This document shows, one piece after another, positions 62,280 through 64,000 of a stretch of 64,000 nucleotides of DNA (within the stretch, counting starts at the first letter, position 1; the number at the start of each line of letters is the position of its first letter). Both the position numbers and the translations under genes were made by a program. The stretch covers positions 51,338,001-51,402,000 of the forward strand of contig CM052816.1 of NCBI GenBank assembly GCA_028534125.1, written 5' to 3'. Origin of the DNA: Lama glama (lineage: Eukaryota). Under the pieces are notes generated by a model, which made no database searches, was not told the origin of the DNA, and saw nothing but the letters and a program-made list of their open reading frames with translations.

Positions 62280-64000
62280 TTAATATTGTTTATTAACAAA
62301 ACCAAGGCTTCTTCTTTCCCCCTAAAAGAAGGCAGTTAGCCCTTCAATGTAAATCTGTATTTTAAAAAAAAGTTTTGTTTCCAAAAATCATAAGCAAGGG
62401 AGCCAGATTTTTTTTTTTTCTAATTCAGGATTCTTTGTTTCCATATGTAAACAGAAAGAGATGCCCAGTCTGGTTTTCGGAAAGCAAGTTGAGTTTGCAG
62501 AATAGGCAGTTAGAAAAATCTCATTTGTACCTTCATATACAGCAAATTTGGGGGAAAAAGCACAAGTGGACCAAAAAACACATTGAACCCTAAATGTAAT
62601 TGTGATGACTCTGACTATAGCCACAGCCAAAAGATACTCTAAACTTTAAAGCCACAGTTTAGTTGATAGCTTCTATGACTCTCTACAAGTCATAGTGTAA
62701 ATGGTCATTTAGAGCATTATTTATTGAATTCCCACATTCACAATGAACTGGAACTATTTTACACATTCCACTTTTTAAAAGTCACTAAAAATTCTTTGGG
62801 TCACAGGAGTAAAATTAAATATCCTGCCATGGATAATGGTAACTGAAATTGCAATCTGTGGTCCTGGGTGTAAAGCTTAGCTTCACTCCAAAGAATTTCC
62901 AAATAAAATAACTTCAAATGATAAACTTTAAAAAAAAATCCCTTATGGACAAAGAAATTCCATAACAACTTTAGAAAAAAGTACACTTTAATGCAGTATT
63001 AAAATGTTATAAATATTTTTTATCCATAAAACTACAATTATTATCATGGGTTTACTAACCCATTTAGGATTTTAGAATCTTTACTGTCTAATCTTAGCAT
63101 ACTGTACTTTTTGGCTAAACACATAAACTCATTATAATATCAACACAGAATTTTTTTTACAGCAGCAGCAGCACTTCTAAACATGTAAAAACATGTCACA
63201 GATTATAAAACAGCAATTGATTTCAAGTGCAGTCAAAGTAATCTCAGATTAAAGCTGGCATCAACTTCTAATAAGCACATTCACCTATCAAACAGCACTA
63301 GAGACTGGACTGGTTAATAAAAACAAAGGAAAACAAGGAGGACACCAGGAGCATAGTATTATATGCGCATTTTTTATACACACACACATACATAGGAAAA
63401 GAATTTATACACACACACACACACACACACACACATTTTTCTAATAGACAGAAAATCCCAACCAACCCTATGGGAAGCAGGAACATCTCTATCTTTCTCT
63501 CTTAGAACTGCTTTCATTTTGACCCAAATTTTCTTGCTTACTTGAAATGATTTTACCTTTCTCATTATAAATTCATTTGAAGTAGAACTGTAGAATCTTG
63601 AAATTTAGAGCATCAAAATTATTTATCTTAAGGGAATGGATTCTTCCATTAATTAATTTTATATACTCTTTCTCTTCTTTTGTCGCTCATTTGCTGTTAA
63701 ATTTTTGCAAATTTAGTCTAATGTCAACCAGTGATCTGCCTGGGAAACCTGCCTTAGCAGGCAGATGTCCAGATCAAAAAATAGACTATTTTTATGAAAG
63801 AAATAATATACAAATGTTTACACATCATACAAAATAAGGTTGAAATGGGTGGGGCCACTTGATTGACATCCATTTGTCACTTTCATTGGAAAATCTGATG
63901 GGCAGCTTCCAACATGCTTAGACAAATTTAGATGAATGGAGGCGCTGACTAATGATGCCATTATCTATATACCAAATATAAATGAGGGCCTAAAATTCCT
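62280..64000 (-). other. Probable 3' UTR of an unidentified gene lying right of the window
   Basis: About 1.7 kb without recognisable TEs, U-rich on the minus strand, AATAAA on minus at 62725-62720 and 62294-62289. Confidence 0.45.
63409..63435. repeat. (CA)n microsatellite
   Basis: Direct reading. Confidence 0.9.

Noticed and set aside
1..64000. Remaining 60-160 aa ORFs as genes
   Set aside because: Mostly within repeats or antisense to them, with no recognisable domains; expected by chance.

Overview
Mammalian, CpG-depleted genomic DNA, most likely camelid (three Vic-1-type tRNA-derived SINEs), with a 500-N gap at 20945-21444. I see no intact protein-coding gene; the ORF track is essentially noise. 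A large share of the window is old interspersed repeats (L2, MIR, L1M/HAL1, MaLR/ERVL/Gypsy LTRs, hAT and Tigger DNA transposons). The main result comes from hand-translating the non-repeat sequence on the minus strand, allowing stops and frameshifts. This shows what look like three co-oriented, heavily decayed fossil genes: (1) a Toll-like receptor (LRRs, TM, TIR; about 8707->5900, TLR11-family flavour); (2) a multi-exon TRIM gene (RING, B-box1, B-box2, coiled coil, PRY/SPRY; about 24076->10330); (3) less certainly, a single-exon CCDC87-like gene (about 39300->35220). All three are interrupted by transposons of pan-placental age, which suggests a small, partly innate-immune cluster lost before the placental radiation. 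The last ~2 kb looks like the minus-strand 3' UTR of a gene beyond the right edge. All family assignments are by-eye comparisons with remembered consensus or protein sequences and need computational confirmation; repeat boundaries are approximate.
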